Below, one piece after another: positions 45,458 through 55,501 of a DNA stretch of 64,000 nucleotides. A model generated the notes under the pieces. The model made no database searches and was not told the DNA's origin. It saw nothing but the letters and a program-made list of their open reading frames with translations. A program made the translations under genes and the position numbers. Numbering within the stretch: position 1 is the stretch's first letter; each line of letters begins with the position of its first letter. This stretch comes from an uncultured Pseudomonadota bacterium. GTDB lineage: Bacteria > Babelota > Babeliae > Babelales > CAIQNR01. The stretch lies in NCBI GenBank assembly GCA_964604015.1, contig CAZRXF010000001.1:104156-168155 (forward strand), read 5' to 3'.

Positions 45458-46171
45458 TTAACCCTTTCTTTTTTCGATAATGTCTATCGTTTTGATGTGC
45501 TCTCTTTGTTGGATTGTACTCGTAATTTTTTGTAAATCTTGCTTGCTTTCAAATTCCCCAGTGGTTACTTGGTACCAGGTTACCGCTCGGCCACGCTTTG
45601 TCTTACTTTCCCGCTTTTGTACAGCAACTTGTGGGTCGAAAATTTTCACTCGCTGTGCAAACTGAGTAGCAGCAAGCAGTGTACCAAACCCTGCAAGGGG
45701 AGCAACAAATACCGTGGTCGGTTGGGCCGATGTCACTTCTGTTTTTACCTGTTCTTTTTGTTTGGAAGATTCTAGTGCATCCTCAGGGACTTGTTTTTCA
45801 GTGTTGCTTGCTTCATCTTCTCCATTTTCTTCTTGTTCTTCGCCCCCGTTGATATCTTCTGTTGCCGTTGATTCTGAAGTGTCGGACGTATCTTCTTGTT
45901 CGAACTCGCTCATATCGCGGTCGTTCATAGTATAGAGAGCATAGTTTATGCGGTCAGCAAATGACTCTTCTTCAATTTTGGCGACAAATCGCTGTATGGC
46001 ACGCCTGTGTCCCCAGAAATACCCTAAGATAAAGCAGACAAAGCCTAGTATAAGAAGGAGAGAAAAAAGCCAACTTGCTTGACGATGGGGAATAAACAGA
46101 CCCACCTGATCGTCTTTATGTTTGAGTACAATGCCTAGGGAATGTTGTATTTTTGTGAGCCAGGATTTCAT
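45458..46171 (-). CDS. Membrane-anchored SPOR-domain-like protein
   Basis: 237 aa with one TM segment (WLFSLLLILGFVCFILGYFW) and an acidic linker. The C-terminal ~75 aa show a SPOR-like pattern (VFVAPLAGFGTLLAATQFAQRV...VTWYQVTTGEFESKQDLQKI). Confidence 0.5.
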   Translation of the reverse strand: MKSWLTKIQHSLGIVLKHKDDQVGLFIPHRQASWLFSLLLILGFVCFILGYFWGHRRAIQRFVAKIEEESFADRINYALYTMNDRDMSEFEQEDTSDTSESTATEDINGGEEQEENGEDEASNTEKQVPEDALESSKQKEQVKTEVTSAQPTTVFVAPLAGFGTLLAATQFAQRVKIFDPQVAVQKRESKTKRGRAVTWYQVTTGEFESKQDLQKITSTIQQREHIKTIDIIEKRKG

Positions 46172-47136
46172 AGGGAACCTCTTTCCCGAAGTGATGTAAG
46201 AAACTTCATAACTACCTCTTTTACTTTATTGAATGATGCTTCTGTATCATCATCAAGTAGGATTTCGTGAAGGGCATCTGGAGTTTTGCAGTGCGGCTCA
46301 AGTGCTTTTTTAAGCATACGCCAAAAAGTCATTTGTCGTTTTGCATAGTGTCTTGTTTTTTGTGCTATCACAGGTATCAACACTTCCGGATCTTCACACT
46401 GTTGTTCAAGAGCCTTTACGATAACGTCATAGCCTATTAATTTTTTTCGTTTTAAGAAAGCTCCCCACGGTTCTTCAAGTCGTTCAACCTCCTTGATCCA
46501 TCCGCCTTCGATCATTTTTTTTGTTCTATCATTAATACGTCGATAGAGATTTTCTCTTGTACGGGTAAGGCAAAAAATCAGGTAGGAAAAGTCAGGTTCT
46601 TCGTACTCCAAAATAGATAAGGCTGAGGGTCTATGTAATGCAGTCATGGTAAGCGCTCGTTCAATTCGATACCGATCATGGGGATGAATAGCCTTGGCTC
46701 GCTCAGGGTTGGCTACAAGAAGCCGTTCCCATAATGACCCTGTTTTTTCATGGGCGTAGTCTGCCGATGGTTCAGCTGATGTTACACATTCTTCGTGCGG
46801 GGGAAAGAAAAGTGATTTGAGATAAAAACCTGATCCACCAACAACAACCGGGATCTTTCCTCTTTTCCAAATATCATGACAGGTGGTAAGGAGTGCTTTT
46901 TTATACTCAACTACGGTGTAATCGCATGCCTCATTCAGAATATCAAAAAGATGGTGGGGTACTGGCTCCTGTTTCCAGTCTGGTTTTGCTGTGCCAATAG
47001 AAAGAGGAGTATAAAATTGGCCCACGTCGCAATTAACGATTTCAATAGGAAGCGATTGTGCAAGAGCAACAGCATAGTCAGACTTTCCGACTCCTGTTGG
47101 TCCATAGATAAAAATAAGAGATGGTTTGTGCGACAT
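46168..47136 (-). CDS. miaA: tRNA dimethylallyltransferase
   Basis: 322 aa. It has the P-loop IYGPTGVGKSDYAVALA, EIVNCDVGQFY and VVVGGSGFYLKSL. Confidence 0.9.
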   Translation of the reverse strand: MSHKPSLIFIYGPTGVGKSDYAVALAQSLPIEIVNCDVGQFYTPLSIGTAKPDWKQEPVPHHLFDILNEACDYTVVEYKKALLTTCHDIWKRGKIPVVVGGSGFYLKSLFFPPHEECVTSAEPSADYAHEKTGSLWERLLVANPERAKAIHPHDRYRIERALTMTALHRPSALSILEYEEPDFSYLIFCLTRTRENLYRRINDRTKKMIEGGWIKEVERLEEPWGAFLKRKKLIGYDVIVKALEQQCEDPEVLIPVIAQKTRHYAKRQMTFWRMLKKALEPHCKTPDALHEILLDDDTEASFNKVKEVVMKFLTSLRERGSL

Positions 47137-47218
47137 CCTAGTTTCCGGCTTTGATTTTTGCTTGATTATGTATTACCAGTGTACCTAGATGTCGCTGTTC
47201 CTTCAAACGAGCTTTATT

Positions 47219-48781
47219 TTACAAAAATCCTACTCCACCATAAGAGGAGGTAAAGGTAGTCGGGGTGAAAGGATTGATATAACGAAGAGTGAGAAAGTCT
47301 CCTGCTGTAGGAGCTCCTCCAAATCCGGCGTCTATGTTAGTTTGTCCTACAACTACAATGTCCCCGCTTGGTGTGAGTGCGACTGCATGTCCAGCATCGC
47401 TCAGAGGTGGTCTTGAGATGTGAGTGATAGTGTATCCAGTTCCATTTGGTCCATATGAGGAATCAAGTCTTCCTTCTGATGTGTAGCGCAAAATAAGGAT
47501 AGAACTTCCCACTCCACCAACACCCCAGATATTTGTAGAGCCGGCTACTACAATGGAATTATCAAGTTGGAGCGTTACGCTGTAGGCACCATCAACGTAC
47601 CCTATTCCGGATATATTCGTTGTTACAATGCCATTTTGTCCAAATGCATGATCAATGGTGCCGTCTGAATTGTAACGTACCAAGCCAACATAACCAATAA
47701 CGGGTCCTCCCCCCTGATCAATATTGACTACCCCTGCTGCTATGATTTTTCCATCAGGTTGTAATACTCCAGCAAAAGCTTCATCTATGTAACCAACAAC
47801 ATTGGGTGAAATGTGTGTTGTAACGATTCCTGTTTGACTTGGTCCAAAAGTCTTATCAAGATGGCCGTCTTGAGAAAAGCGCATAATCAGAAACGAACCA
47901 ATAGCTATTCCTCTTGCTGTTACATTAGTTCCACCGATAGCAATAATTTTACCATCAGGTTGGAGAAGAAGTGCTTGAATGGAGTCAACTTGTCCTACCC
48001 CTGAGATATTTATGGAAAAAGTGCCATCCCCATTGGGACCAAAATTGTTGTCTGGTGTACCATCTGAATTATATCGAATTAAGGTAGCATCGCCTGTTCC
48101 CAAACCTCCCTGATAGATGTTTGTGAAACCACCAACTAAAATCTTCCCATCAGGCTGAATAACGACACTTGTTGCTCCGTCAATGCGTCCAGAAAAATTT
48201 TTGGTGACTATTCCATTTTTGCTTGGTCCAAATGAAGTATCAAAAGAACCATCAGAGTTGTAACGTACTACACCAAAATATCCAATGTTAGGAGCGGCAT
48301 CGTAAATGTTGGTTGATCCTACAACCACGATTTTCCCATTGGACTGTATTGCTACACCATTGGCACCATCAATGTAACCGGCGCCACTAAGGCTTGTTGT
48401 AACATAGCCAAGGTTATTACCAAAAGAATGATCAAGAGTGCCGTCAGTGTTGTATCGCAGTGTAGCAAAAAGTCCGGTAGGTGGAGGGCCACCAGCACCG
48501 TTAATATTCAGTTCTCCTACTGTTACAATTTTCCCATCTGATTGTAGTGCTAATGCATAGCAACCATCCGCCTTGCCAGAGATATTGAGTGTTGCATACC
48601 CAATGCCATTAAATGTGTGGTCAAGAAGACCTGCAAGGTTAATCGCTTGTACATAACTTGCAAAAACCGCAGGCGGAGTCTCTGGGGTGATTCTAACCAT
48701 AGCACTGAGGCGTAAGAAGCTTATTGTTAACAGAATGACCAATGAAAAAATGGAAGTTAGTGTGTTTTTTTTCTTTTTCAC
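47219..48781 (-). CDS. Secreted delta-60-type repeat (beta-propeller) protein, copy 2
   Basis: The GTG start at 48781 is preceded by GAGGA with a 6-nt spacer. The signal/anchor is KKKKNTLTSIFSLVILLTISFL. At least six ~55-60-aa repeats carry the core (L/V)RYN(S/T)DG(S/T)xDxxFG...DGKI(V/I)(V/A)(V/G)G. Confidence 0.75.
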   Translation of the reverse strand: MKKKKNTLTSIFSLVILLTISFLRLSAMVRITPETPPAVFASYVQAINLAGLLDHTFNGIGYATLNISGKADGCYALALQSDGKIVTVGELNINGAGGPPPTGLFATLRYNTDGTLDHSFGNNLGYVTTSLSGAGYIDGANGVAIQSNGKIVVVGSTNIYDAAPNIGYFGVVRYNSDGSFDTSFGPSKNGIVTKNFSGRIDGATSVVIQPDGKILVGGFTNIYQGGLGTGDATLIRYNSDGTPDNNFGPNGDGTFSINISGVGQVDSIQALLLQPDGKIIAIGGTNVTARGIAIGSFLIMRFSQDGHLDKTFGPSQTGIVTTHISPNVVGYIDEAFAGVLQPDGKIIAAGVVNIDQGGGPVIGYVGLVRYNSDGTIDHAFGQNGIVTTNISGIGYVDGAYSVTLQLDNSIVVAGSTNIWGVGGVGSSILILRYTSEGRLDSSYGPNGTGYTITHISRPPLSDAGHAVALTPSGDIVVVGQTNIDAGFGGAPTAGDFLTLRYINPFTPTTFTSSYGGVGFL

Positions 48782-48794
48782 GAGGAATCCTCTT

Positions 48795-50354
48795 TTATAA
48801 GAACCCTACTCCACCATAAGAGGAGGTAAAGGTAGCCGGGGTGAAAGGATTGATGTAACGAAGCGTGGTAAAGTCCCCTTCTGCAGGAGCGCCCCCTGCT
48901 CCTGCTCCTACGTTCGTTTGCCCAGCAACTAGAATGCTGCCATTTGCGGCAAGAGTAACACCATAACCGGCATCATAAAGAGGGGGATTTGAAATTTGCG
49001 TGGTAACATACCCAATTCCTTGTGGGCCAAATGAAGGATCAAGAGTCCCCTCTGGGGTATAGCGCAAAACAAGAATTGATCCAGGAGCTCCAGCAGTTCC
49101 TCTTTCATTTGTGGCACCTGCGACGACGATAAAGGCATCTAATTGAAGAACTGCTGCATTTGCATAATCAAGGTAACCGTTACCAGAAATATTTGTCGTT
49201 ACAATTCCACCCTGCCCAAACGAGGCGTCGAGAGTGCCATTCGAAGTATAGCGCACCAAACATACATCTCCGATTGGTATTCCTGTGCCTTGGGTGTTGG
49301 TTGATCCTACTGCCACAATTTTTCCATCGGGTTGGAGGACCCCTGAAGCTGCGCCATCAGCATATCCAACGGTGTTTGATGAGATGTGTGTCTGTACAAT
49401 GCCTGTTTTGTCTGGTCCGAATGTTGAGTCAAGAATGCCTTCTTGAGTAAGCCTCATGACAAGAAAGGAACCAGTTCCTCCTGCCCCTGATATATTAGTT
49501 GCTCCGATGGCAATAATTTTTCTGTCAGGTTGTAAGAGAACGCTGTTTGCAATATCGGTCTTATTGTTACCCGAAATGCTTACAGAGAAAGCTCCATTAC
49601 CGTCAGGTCCAAAACTATCATCTTCCGAGCCATCTGCATTGTATCGAAGAAGTGCAGCCTTTCCTTGTCCGCCTACTAGTGCAAAGGCAAGAATGTTTGT
49701 AAATCCTCCAAGTAAAATTTTACCGTCAGGTTGAATGACAACACTGGTCGCTCCATCTACATTACCTGAGAGGTTCCTTGTGACCGTTCCGTTCTGAGCA
49801 GGTCCAAAGGTGGCGTCAGGGGATCCGTCGGGATTATACCGTACGATGGCAAATGATCCTACGGGGGGAAAACCGTTAAGTCCACGATTTGTTTGTCCTG
49901 CGACAACAAGTTTGCCATCTGATTGGATAGCAATAGCAGTGGCAAAATCGGCAGTACCAGGTCCACTAAAACTTGTTGTAACGTATCCAAGTCCATTTCC
50001 AAATGAGGGATCTAGAGAACCATCAGTGTTGTAGCGGGCGGTGAGGAAGACGCCTGTTCTTCCTCCTCCAATATTGAGATTTGTTCCTCCAACAACGACT
50101 ACTTTGCCATCAGATTGAACTGCGATCCCGTGTGCCCTATCAGCAAATCTATCAATGTTCAGGGTTGCATACCCAATACCATGAAAGGTGTGGTCAAGAA
50201 GGCCTGTAAGATTGATTGCTTGGACGTAACTTGCAAAGACTGCAGGTTGAGTTTCTGGGGTTATCCTAACCATAGCGTTGAGGTGTGAGAACTTTATTGT
50301 TAGCACAATGGCTAGGGAAAAAATAAGGACAAATACATGCTTTTTCTTGTTCAC
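48795..50354 (-). CDS. Secreted delta-60-type repeat (beta-propeller) protein, copy 1
   Basis: I moved the start to the GTG at 50354, preceded by AAAGGAGA with a 7-nt spacer. This gives NKKKHVFVLIFSLAIVLTIKF, parallel to the paralog. The repeat core is the same. The N-terminal ~45 aa after the signal and the last 20 aa are nearly identical to copy 2. Confidence 0.75.
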   Translation of the reverse strand: MNKKKHVFVLIFSLAIVLTIKFSHLNAMVRITPETQPAVFASYVQAINLTGLLDHTFHGIGYATLNIDRFADRAHGIAVQSDGKVVVVGGTNLNIGGGRTGVFLTARYNTDGSLDPSFGNGLGYVTTSFSGPGTADFATAIAIQSDGKLVVAGQTNRGLNGFPPVGSFAIVRYNPDGSPDATFGPAQNGTVTRNLSGNVDGATSVVIQPDGKILLGGFTNILAFALVGGQGKAALLRYNADGSEDDSFGPDGNGAFSVSISGNNKTDIANSVLLQPDRKIIAIGATNISGAGGTGSFLVMRLTQEGILDSTFGPDKTGIVQTHISSNTVGYADGAASGVLQPDGKIVAVGSTNTQGTGIPIGDVCLVRYTSNGTLDASFGQGGIVTTNISGNGYLDYANAAVLQLDAFIVVAGATNERGTAGAPGSILVLRYTPEGTLDPSFGPQGIGYVTTQISNPPLYDAGYGVTLAANGSILVAGQTNVGAGAGGAPAEGDFTTLRYINPFTPATFTSSYGGVGFL

Positions 50355-50418
50355 TAGAAGGTCTCCTTTTAAAGACAAACAGTTTCAACCGTAGTAAAAA
50401 GAGCTGGTATTTTTCAAT

Positions 50419-50466
50419 AAATAATTGAGAGTTGATCGGGCAATCGCGATCAACTCTCAATTATTT
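50419..50466 (-). terminator. Long perfect inverted repeat, a probable terminator after carD
   Basis: Left arm 50419-50438 (AAATAATTGAGAGTTGATCG) is the exact reverse complement of right arm 50447-50466, a 20-bp stem with an 8-nt loop. It lies 10 nt downstream of the carD stop. Confidence 0.55.
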
Positions 50467-50475
50467 TAAAAGAAG

Positions 50476-51009
50476 CTAGATGACTGAGGAGCTTGAAGAC
50501 GTTATAGCCAAGGAAGGAACGAGGTAAGAACGAAGGCGCTCCATTGCCTTATCTTCATCGAGGCGCTCTGCCGCTGATATTTCCTCAACAAGAAGAGCTT
50601 CTGTTTTAATAAGAAGGCTCTTTTCACCAAACGAAAGTTCCTTGTAACGGGAAATGTGTTTAAGATCGCGGTAAATATCGGAAATATCTTTGAGTGACCC
50701 AGTACGCAACTTTGATTGATAATCTTTGTTTCTCTTGTTCCAGTTACTTGCGCCTGATTCAGCAGATTTAATGTGACGGGCCGGCTGTCCCAGGGTTTCA
50801 AGCATGGTGCTGATTGAAGAACTCGAGCTGAGTGGTCGAACGCCAACCTCTTCAACTTTGTCCCTTGGTATCATGATGGTCATATCTTTGTTTGAAAATT
50901 TGAGTTCATAAAAAACCATCGCCTGATTGCCCACGTTTCGTTCAAAGACGCGACAAATCGACGCAACTCCGTGTCCCGGATAGACCACTTTATCGTTGAG
51001 CGAGAACAT
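50476..51009 (-). CDS. carD: CarD/CdnL-family transcriptional regulator
   Basis: 177 aa. The N-terminal FSLNDKVVYPGHGVASICRVFERNVGNQAMVFYELKF... matches the RNAP-interacting CarD_CdnL_TRCF domain pattern. The C-terminal domain is helical. Confidence 0.8.
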   Translation of the reverse strand: MFSLNDKVVYPGHGVASICRVFERNVGNQAMVFYELKFSNKDMTIMIPRDKVEEVGVRPLSSSSSISTMLETLGQPARHIKSAESGASNWNKRNKDYQSKLRTGSLKDISDIYRDLKHISRYKELSFGEKSLLIKTEALLVEEISAAERLDEDKAMERLRSYLVPSLAITSSSSSVI

Positions 51010-51238
51010 AGTGATTCCCTTTCTCAGTGACCCCTACAAGACTTGTTGAGTAACGCTCATGCATTGTAGGAGTATAGCATATACTACATTATTTACATCA
51101 GACTCATTTGGTCAGAGCAGCACAAGGAAGAAGGATTGGAAGATAGGCATAGAGATGTGTGATGAGGTAAGAGTTGTTGGAAGGTGTGTTATACTCGTCT
51201 TTCATAGTGTCTCTCCTTTTTAAAAACAAGGACCAATA

Positions 51239-52603
51239 ATGCAAAAAGATGTCCGTAGCCTAGCAAATAGCGCTGAGCCGGGTAAACAGACTGAAGAATA
51301 TTTTTTTAAAAATTATAAGGAAAAGTTCTTTCGGGCGGTGAAATGGAACGTCGTTGAATCGATTGGCTATCAAGTAATTTTTATGCTTCATCAGTGTGGA
51401 CTTTTTTGGTATTGCGATCGAAGTTTGTATGGGAAAATAGGAGCACTTCTTGCTGCCTGTTACTTGGGGGTAACCGTTCTTGTGGCAGGATTTGATGGAG
51501 GACTTCTTCCTTTTTTTGAACGGTTTACTGCAACAAAACAGGATTTTAAAAAATTTATTTTTGGCAAACTTGTGCCACACCTGTGCCTTATGGTCGGGAC
51601 CGTTGGTCTGATCGGCATCATTTTTTTTATAAGCGGTCGAACTTTTTTTTCTTTTTCAGGATGGTCACTCTTTCTTGTGGGGCTGTTTGTTCTGGTTGAA
51701 GCAACCAAGAAAATTTTGAAGCAATTGTTGTATCTTGGTTTTCATAATAAACAGACTGCCCTTTTTGAGGTCCTTCAGATCGGACTCTACTCAGGAACCG
51801 TATGGGGTTGTTACATGGCGGGCATTCCGTTTTCGATACCACTTTTTATGATTCCATTTATTGTGTGGTCAACCGTGTTTTGTTTTTTATGTGTGTGTAT
51901 CTTAAAAGTTTATTATCGGACACTTCCTTTTGCGCATACGACCTCTCTTCCTCTTATCTCTTTGTCATTTATATTTCTTAGAGGCGCTGTCCTTATTAAT
52001 CAGTTAAGTCGGGCATTTTTTTCCAGCAATTTCCTAGTTCCCCTTTTTGCAATTCATGGTGGGTTTAGAGAAGCAGGTGTTTTAACCTTCGCAAATTATC
52101 TGACACATGCTTGCACCTTTTTCATTCAAAAGATAACTCTTCCTCCTGCAGAGGCATTATTTAGCAGAATAAAAAAACTTTCACTTGTTGCTCATCATAA
52201 AGCTTTTTCATTAGTCCTTACCCTTTTTTCATCACTTACACTTGTGTTCGGATTTTTATTTTTTTTCAAGGGACGCTCATTAGCAACTTCGTTCGGATAT
52301 AGCGTACTGGACCATGTTACCTGGAAGCTTCTTATTTTCTTTTTCTTTATTCACCTGCTTGAAAGTATCTTCATGTTGTATGAAAAATTCTTTCTTTTGC
52401 AAGAGCAGATCATGTTTCTTGCTCTTGGTAACGTAATCACATGCGTCATTTGCTATCTTCTTTTCCTCCTGAAGTTACCATTTTTTGTTCTTGTTTTTAC
52501 CTGCATTTTTATGAGATTTTCCTTCTTTATCTTCCTCTCGCTCCGCATCTACTCTTCAAAATTGGCATCTGGAGCCTCTTTTCAAGGGCGGTTGCAACGA
52601 TAG
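51239..52603 (+). CDS. Polytopic membrane protein, MOP-flippase-like (Wzx/MurJ-type), copy 1
   Basis: 454 aa with about 12-14 hydrophobic segments. It aligns by eye with the ORF at 53329 (e.g. SRAFFSSNFLVPLFAIHGG...LPPAEALFSRI against SLSERNFLFPFITSIQGQ...TIGIADTALLSYV). The family call is tentative. Confidence 0.45.
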   Translation: MQKDVRSLANSAEPGKQTEEYFFKNYKEKFFRAVKWNVVESIGYQVIFMLHQCGLFWYCDRSLYGKIGALLAACYLGVTVLVAGFDGGLLPFFERFTATKQDFKKFIFGKLVPHLCLMVGTVGLIGIIFFISGRTFFSFSGWSLFLVGLFVLVEATKKILKQLLYLGFHNKQTALFEVLQIGLYSGTVWGCYMAGIPFSIPLFMIPFIVWSTVFCFLCVCILKVYYRTLPFAHTTSLPLISLSFIFLRGAVLINQLSRAFFSSNFLVPLFAIHGGFREAGVLTFANYLTHACTFFIQKITLPPAEALFSRIKKLSLVAHHKAFSLVLTLFSSLTLVFGFLFFFKGRSLATSFGYSVLDHVTWKLLIFFFFIHLLESIFMLYEKFFLLQEQIMFLALGNVITCVICYLLFLLKLPFFVLVFTCIFMRFSFFIFLSLRIYSSKLASGASFQGRLQR

Positions 52604-52917
52604 CAAATAAACAGCTTTCTTGATACAGGTAACCCATTTAATTGTCGCGGCAAAAAACTTTTGTCATTTTTGATTTTTTCAAAATACGCCCACTAGGAGC
52701 TTGTTTTGGACGATATAAAAAACAGGTATCGACTTCTTTTTCTAATAGGGTTTTTTTGTAAAACTACAACATGAAATTCTGCTGGTTGCTGGAAAATGTT
52801 TGGAATGATGCAGGAAATTAGTTATCGGACGCTTGCTTTCTTGATGTGTAAGGTTTACAAGATGTGCACTGACCGTTATGATGGTTTCCTTGGTTTGGTT
52901 TAAAATAAAGGAGCAGT

Positions 52918-53295
52918 ATGAAAAAATGTCAGGGATTATTATTCGTTATAACTTTGTTACCTTCTTCTTTGTGTGCTTCAAATACTTCTCCATCATCTCC
53001 TTCTTCAAAATCTGTTAATGCTGCACCCGCTGCATTTCCCGTCTGTACGCAGGCTTTCAGGAAAATCTATGACGGAACGTTATCAGTTACTGACGTACAA
53101 CAACAATCATGGTTTACCTCGTATGATCTTCTTTACAAAGAATATAACGGTGTTCAAACATCAGACTCCAACGTGCTTTCGCTACTTTCACAATTAAAGA
53201 AGGAAGCCATTACACCAGAAGCTGCAACTACATCATTTACAGCTCTCCAACAAACATTGATCAATCAAACGAACACACTACTTTCTAAGCAATAA
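52918..53295 (+). CDS. Small secreted hypothetical protein
   Basis: 125 aa with the signal peptide MKKCQGLLFVITLLPSSLCA, followed by a Ser/Pro-rich linker. An RBS (AAGGAG) lies upstream. Confidence 0.55.
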   Translation: MKKCQGLLFVITLLPSSLCASNTSPSSPSSKSVNAAPAAFPVCTQAFRKIYDGTLSVTDVQQQSWFTSYDLLYKEYNGVQTSDSNVLSLLSQLKKEAITPEAATTSFTALQQTLINQTNTLLSKQ

Positions 53296-53328
53296 CGTGA
53301 TTCACAGAGGGTTTTCAAGGGGGCTGTC

Positions 53329-54693
53329 ATGGTAACGCACACGACGGACAACACGAATCGTTTTTTCAAAGCATTTACCACAGCCATCAACTGGAATGCC
53401 CTCTTTTATATTCTTTATAAAGTTTGCTTTGTCGCTCTCACGTTTGTCCTATACCGTATTTTGCCAAGTGTTTACTTCTCGCAATGGGCAACCGCAAATA
53501 GCGTCATTTTCATCTTCCTTCTTTGGATCAACTGTGGATTTAAAAAATCTATCCCCCGTTTTGCGCCTGTTTTTAGTAAGGACTACTCCTTTCACCGCGC
53601 CTTTATCATCGTTCTTTTATTGTTCAAATCTTCCATACTGTTGCTTGGGATCCCTCTTCTTATAAAAGTACTTTCGTGGGTTTCTCCCGATCTTCCCTTT
53701 CTGCCGCTTATCCTGGGTATTTTTGCAACAGAAGGCTTGTGTTCTCTTTTCCTTCTTATTTATCACGCACATTTCTGGCAGAAACAGTTCAATCTCATAC
53801 AAGCACTCTTCTTGCTCATAGAAATGATCATCTCGTTCTCATATCTTGCTTTTTCATCAGGGCGCCCTGATGCGGTTGTTTCCTTCCTTTTCTTTGCAAA
53901 ACTTTTAAGCAATTGTGGCATCATCATCTCTTCTCTTATCTTGCTCCCTTCTTTGTATCGTGCCACGCTCATCCCCCCTACACAGCACCTTGAGAAACGC
54001 CTTTCAGTCAGAGCCTTCATCAAACATTCTCTTGTCATGTGGGTCATCGCCATCTTTCAATCCCTCTCAGAACGCAATTTCCTCTTTCCTTTCATTACTT
54101 CGATACAAGGGCAAGCCATCGGCAACATCTTTAAGGTCACGAATGATGCTGCTATTTTCTTCCAGCGCATCGCCCTTCAAACCATCGGTATTGCTGATAC
54201 GGCGCTTCTTTCCTACGTGGAAGTAACGGATAAGCGTATTTCACAGATTAGACTGGCTTTCAAGATGATCTTCAAGACGGTCTTTGTCTTGTGCATGCCG
54301 CTTCTTTGTGTAGGGATAGTTCTCTTTTTTAAGAACTACACCGATGTTCCAGCCACCTCAGCATTCCTCTTTCTTTTTATTGCGACAGGGACAACCCTTG
54401 AGATCATTCTATCGCCTTATGCACGCGTTCTTGAGGTGAAGTTGTGTTACAAAGAGCTCTTCTTTTCCTATTTCCCTTACGTCTTGGCATACGGAGCCCT
54501 AGCGCTGTTGTATGCGTACTCTTTTGTATCCCTAGTCTTCTTTGTATCTGCTGCTCATGTGGCGCGTATTATGTGCGCTCTCATTATGGTGTATTATGCA
54601 AAAAAAGATTTTCGCGTGCAGCTTCCTTCCTTCTTTACGACCCTTGTTTTGCTCTCTTGCCTTGCCGCACTCTTTGCAGCTCTCTTTGTCTAA
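53329..54693 (+). CDS. Polytopic membrane protein, MOP-flippase-like, copy 2
   Basis: 454 aa, the same length and topology as the ORF at 51239. The family call is tentative. Confidence 0.45.
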   Translation: MVTHTTDNTNRFFKAFTTAINWNALFYILYKVCFVALTFVLYRILPSVYFSQWATANSVIFIFLLWINCGFKKSIPRFAPVFSKDYSFHRAFIIVLLLFKSSILLLGIPLLIKVLSWVSPDLPFLPLILGIFATEGLCSLFLLIYHAHFWQKQFNLIQALFLLIEMIISFSYLAFSSGRPDAVVSFLFFAKLLSNCGIIISSLILLPSLYRATLIPPTQHLEKRLSVRAFIKHSLVMWVIAIFQSLSERNFLFPFITSIQGQAIGNIFKVTNDAAIFFQRIALQTIGIADTALLSYVEVTDKRISQIRLAFKMIFKTVFVLCMPLLCVGIVLFFKNYTDVPATSAFLFLFIATGTTLEIILSPYARVLEVKLCYKELFFSYFPYVLAYGALALLYAYSFVSLVFFVSAAHVARIMCALIMVYYAKKDFRVQLPSFFTTLVLLSCLAALFAALFV

Positions 54694-55474
54694 AAGCACG
54701 TCAGCTTTCTGCTTAAAAAAATGTCCCTGAAAACTACGCGGGCCCCCTTTTACCTTTTTGTGTTTTAACTTTTCTTACTTAATAAGAGAAGAAAGAGAAT
54801 CAGTTTTATTCTTTCTCTACCGCGTACCTACGTAAGAGTACTTTCTCTGTTTCTGTATACGTGCAATTGGTACGGTTTAGATCCTTACGTTTACGTGTTC
54901 TTTCTGTGTCTCTGTCCCTTTATGTCTTCTTACTGTTCTAACCTCTCTTGTCTTAGCTCTCTTCTGCATACCTATCTGTTTACCTAGTATCTATCTTCTC
55001 ACTTATCTTCCCTCGTCGTCATTCCACTCTGTCTACGTGTCTGTCTACATATGAATGATACCGATTAGTATAGAGAGGTATGGAGGGTGACTCGGGAAAA
55101 TAGGGTTAAAATAGTCCTTTTGAAAAGACGTAAGCAAGCCCCTCGACCCCGGCAGGGATACTTCGTCAGCCAATAAGGGGAGAAGGGGTGCAGATGGAGT
55201 CTGAAAATTCGCGCGCCGTGTCGATACCAAGGGCTAGACCGAAAAAAAGAAAGGAATAAAAAGCTCCCGTTAATAACCAAAAACAGGCTTTAACCTTTCT
55301 AAAATACACTCAAGGCAAAATCGTCTCCTATTACAAAATAAGATCTCCAGATGAGCAAAATTCATAAAAAAACCTCTAAACTTTCTCATTCTGTAAGTTA
55401 TACGACCCATGCTTTAATTTTACCGTTCCACGCGGCGAAATGCTCAGATATTTTATATATTATAAAAAATGAGC

Positions 55475-55501
55475 TTTACATTGACACATAAGACGTATAA
55501 A
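55475..55501 (+). promoter_or_regulatory. Possible sigma70-type promoter upstream of dnaK
   Basis: TTTACA (55475-55480), then a 15-nt spacer, then TATAAA (55496-55501), about 60 nt upstream of the dnaK ATG. The spacer is short, so confidence is low. Confidence 0.2.
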
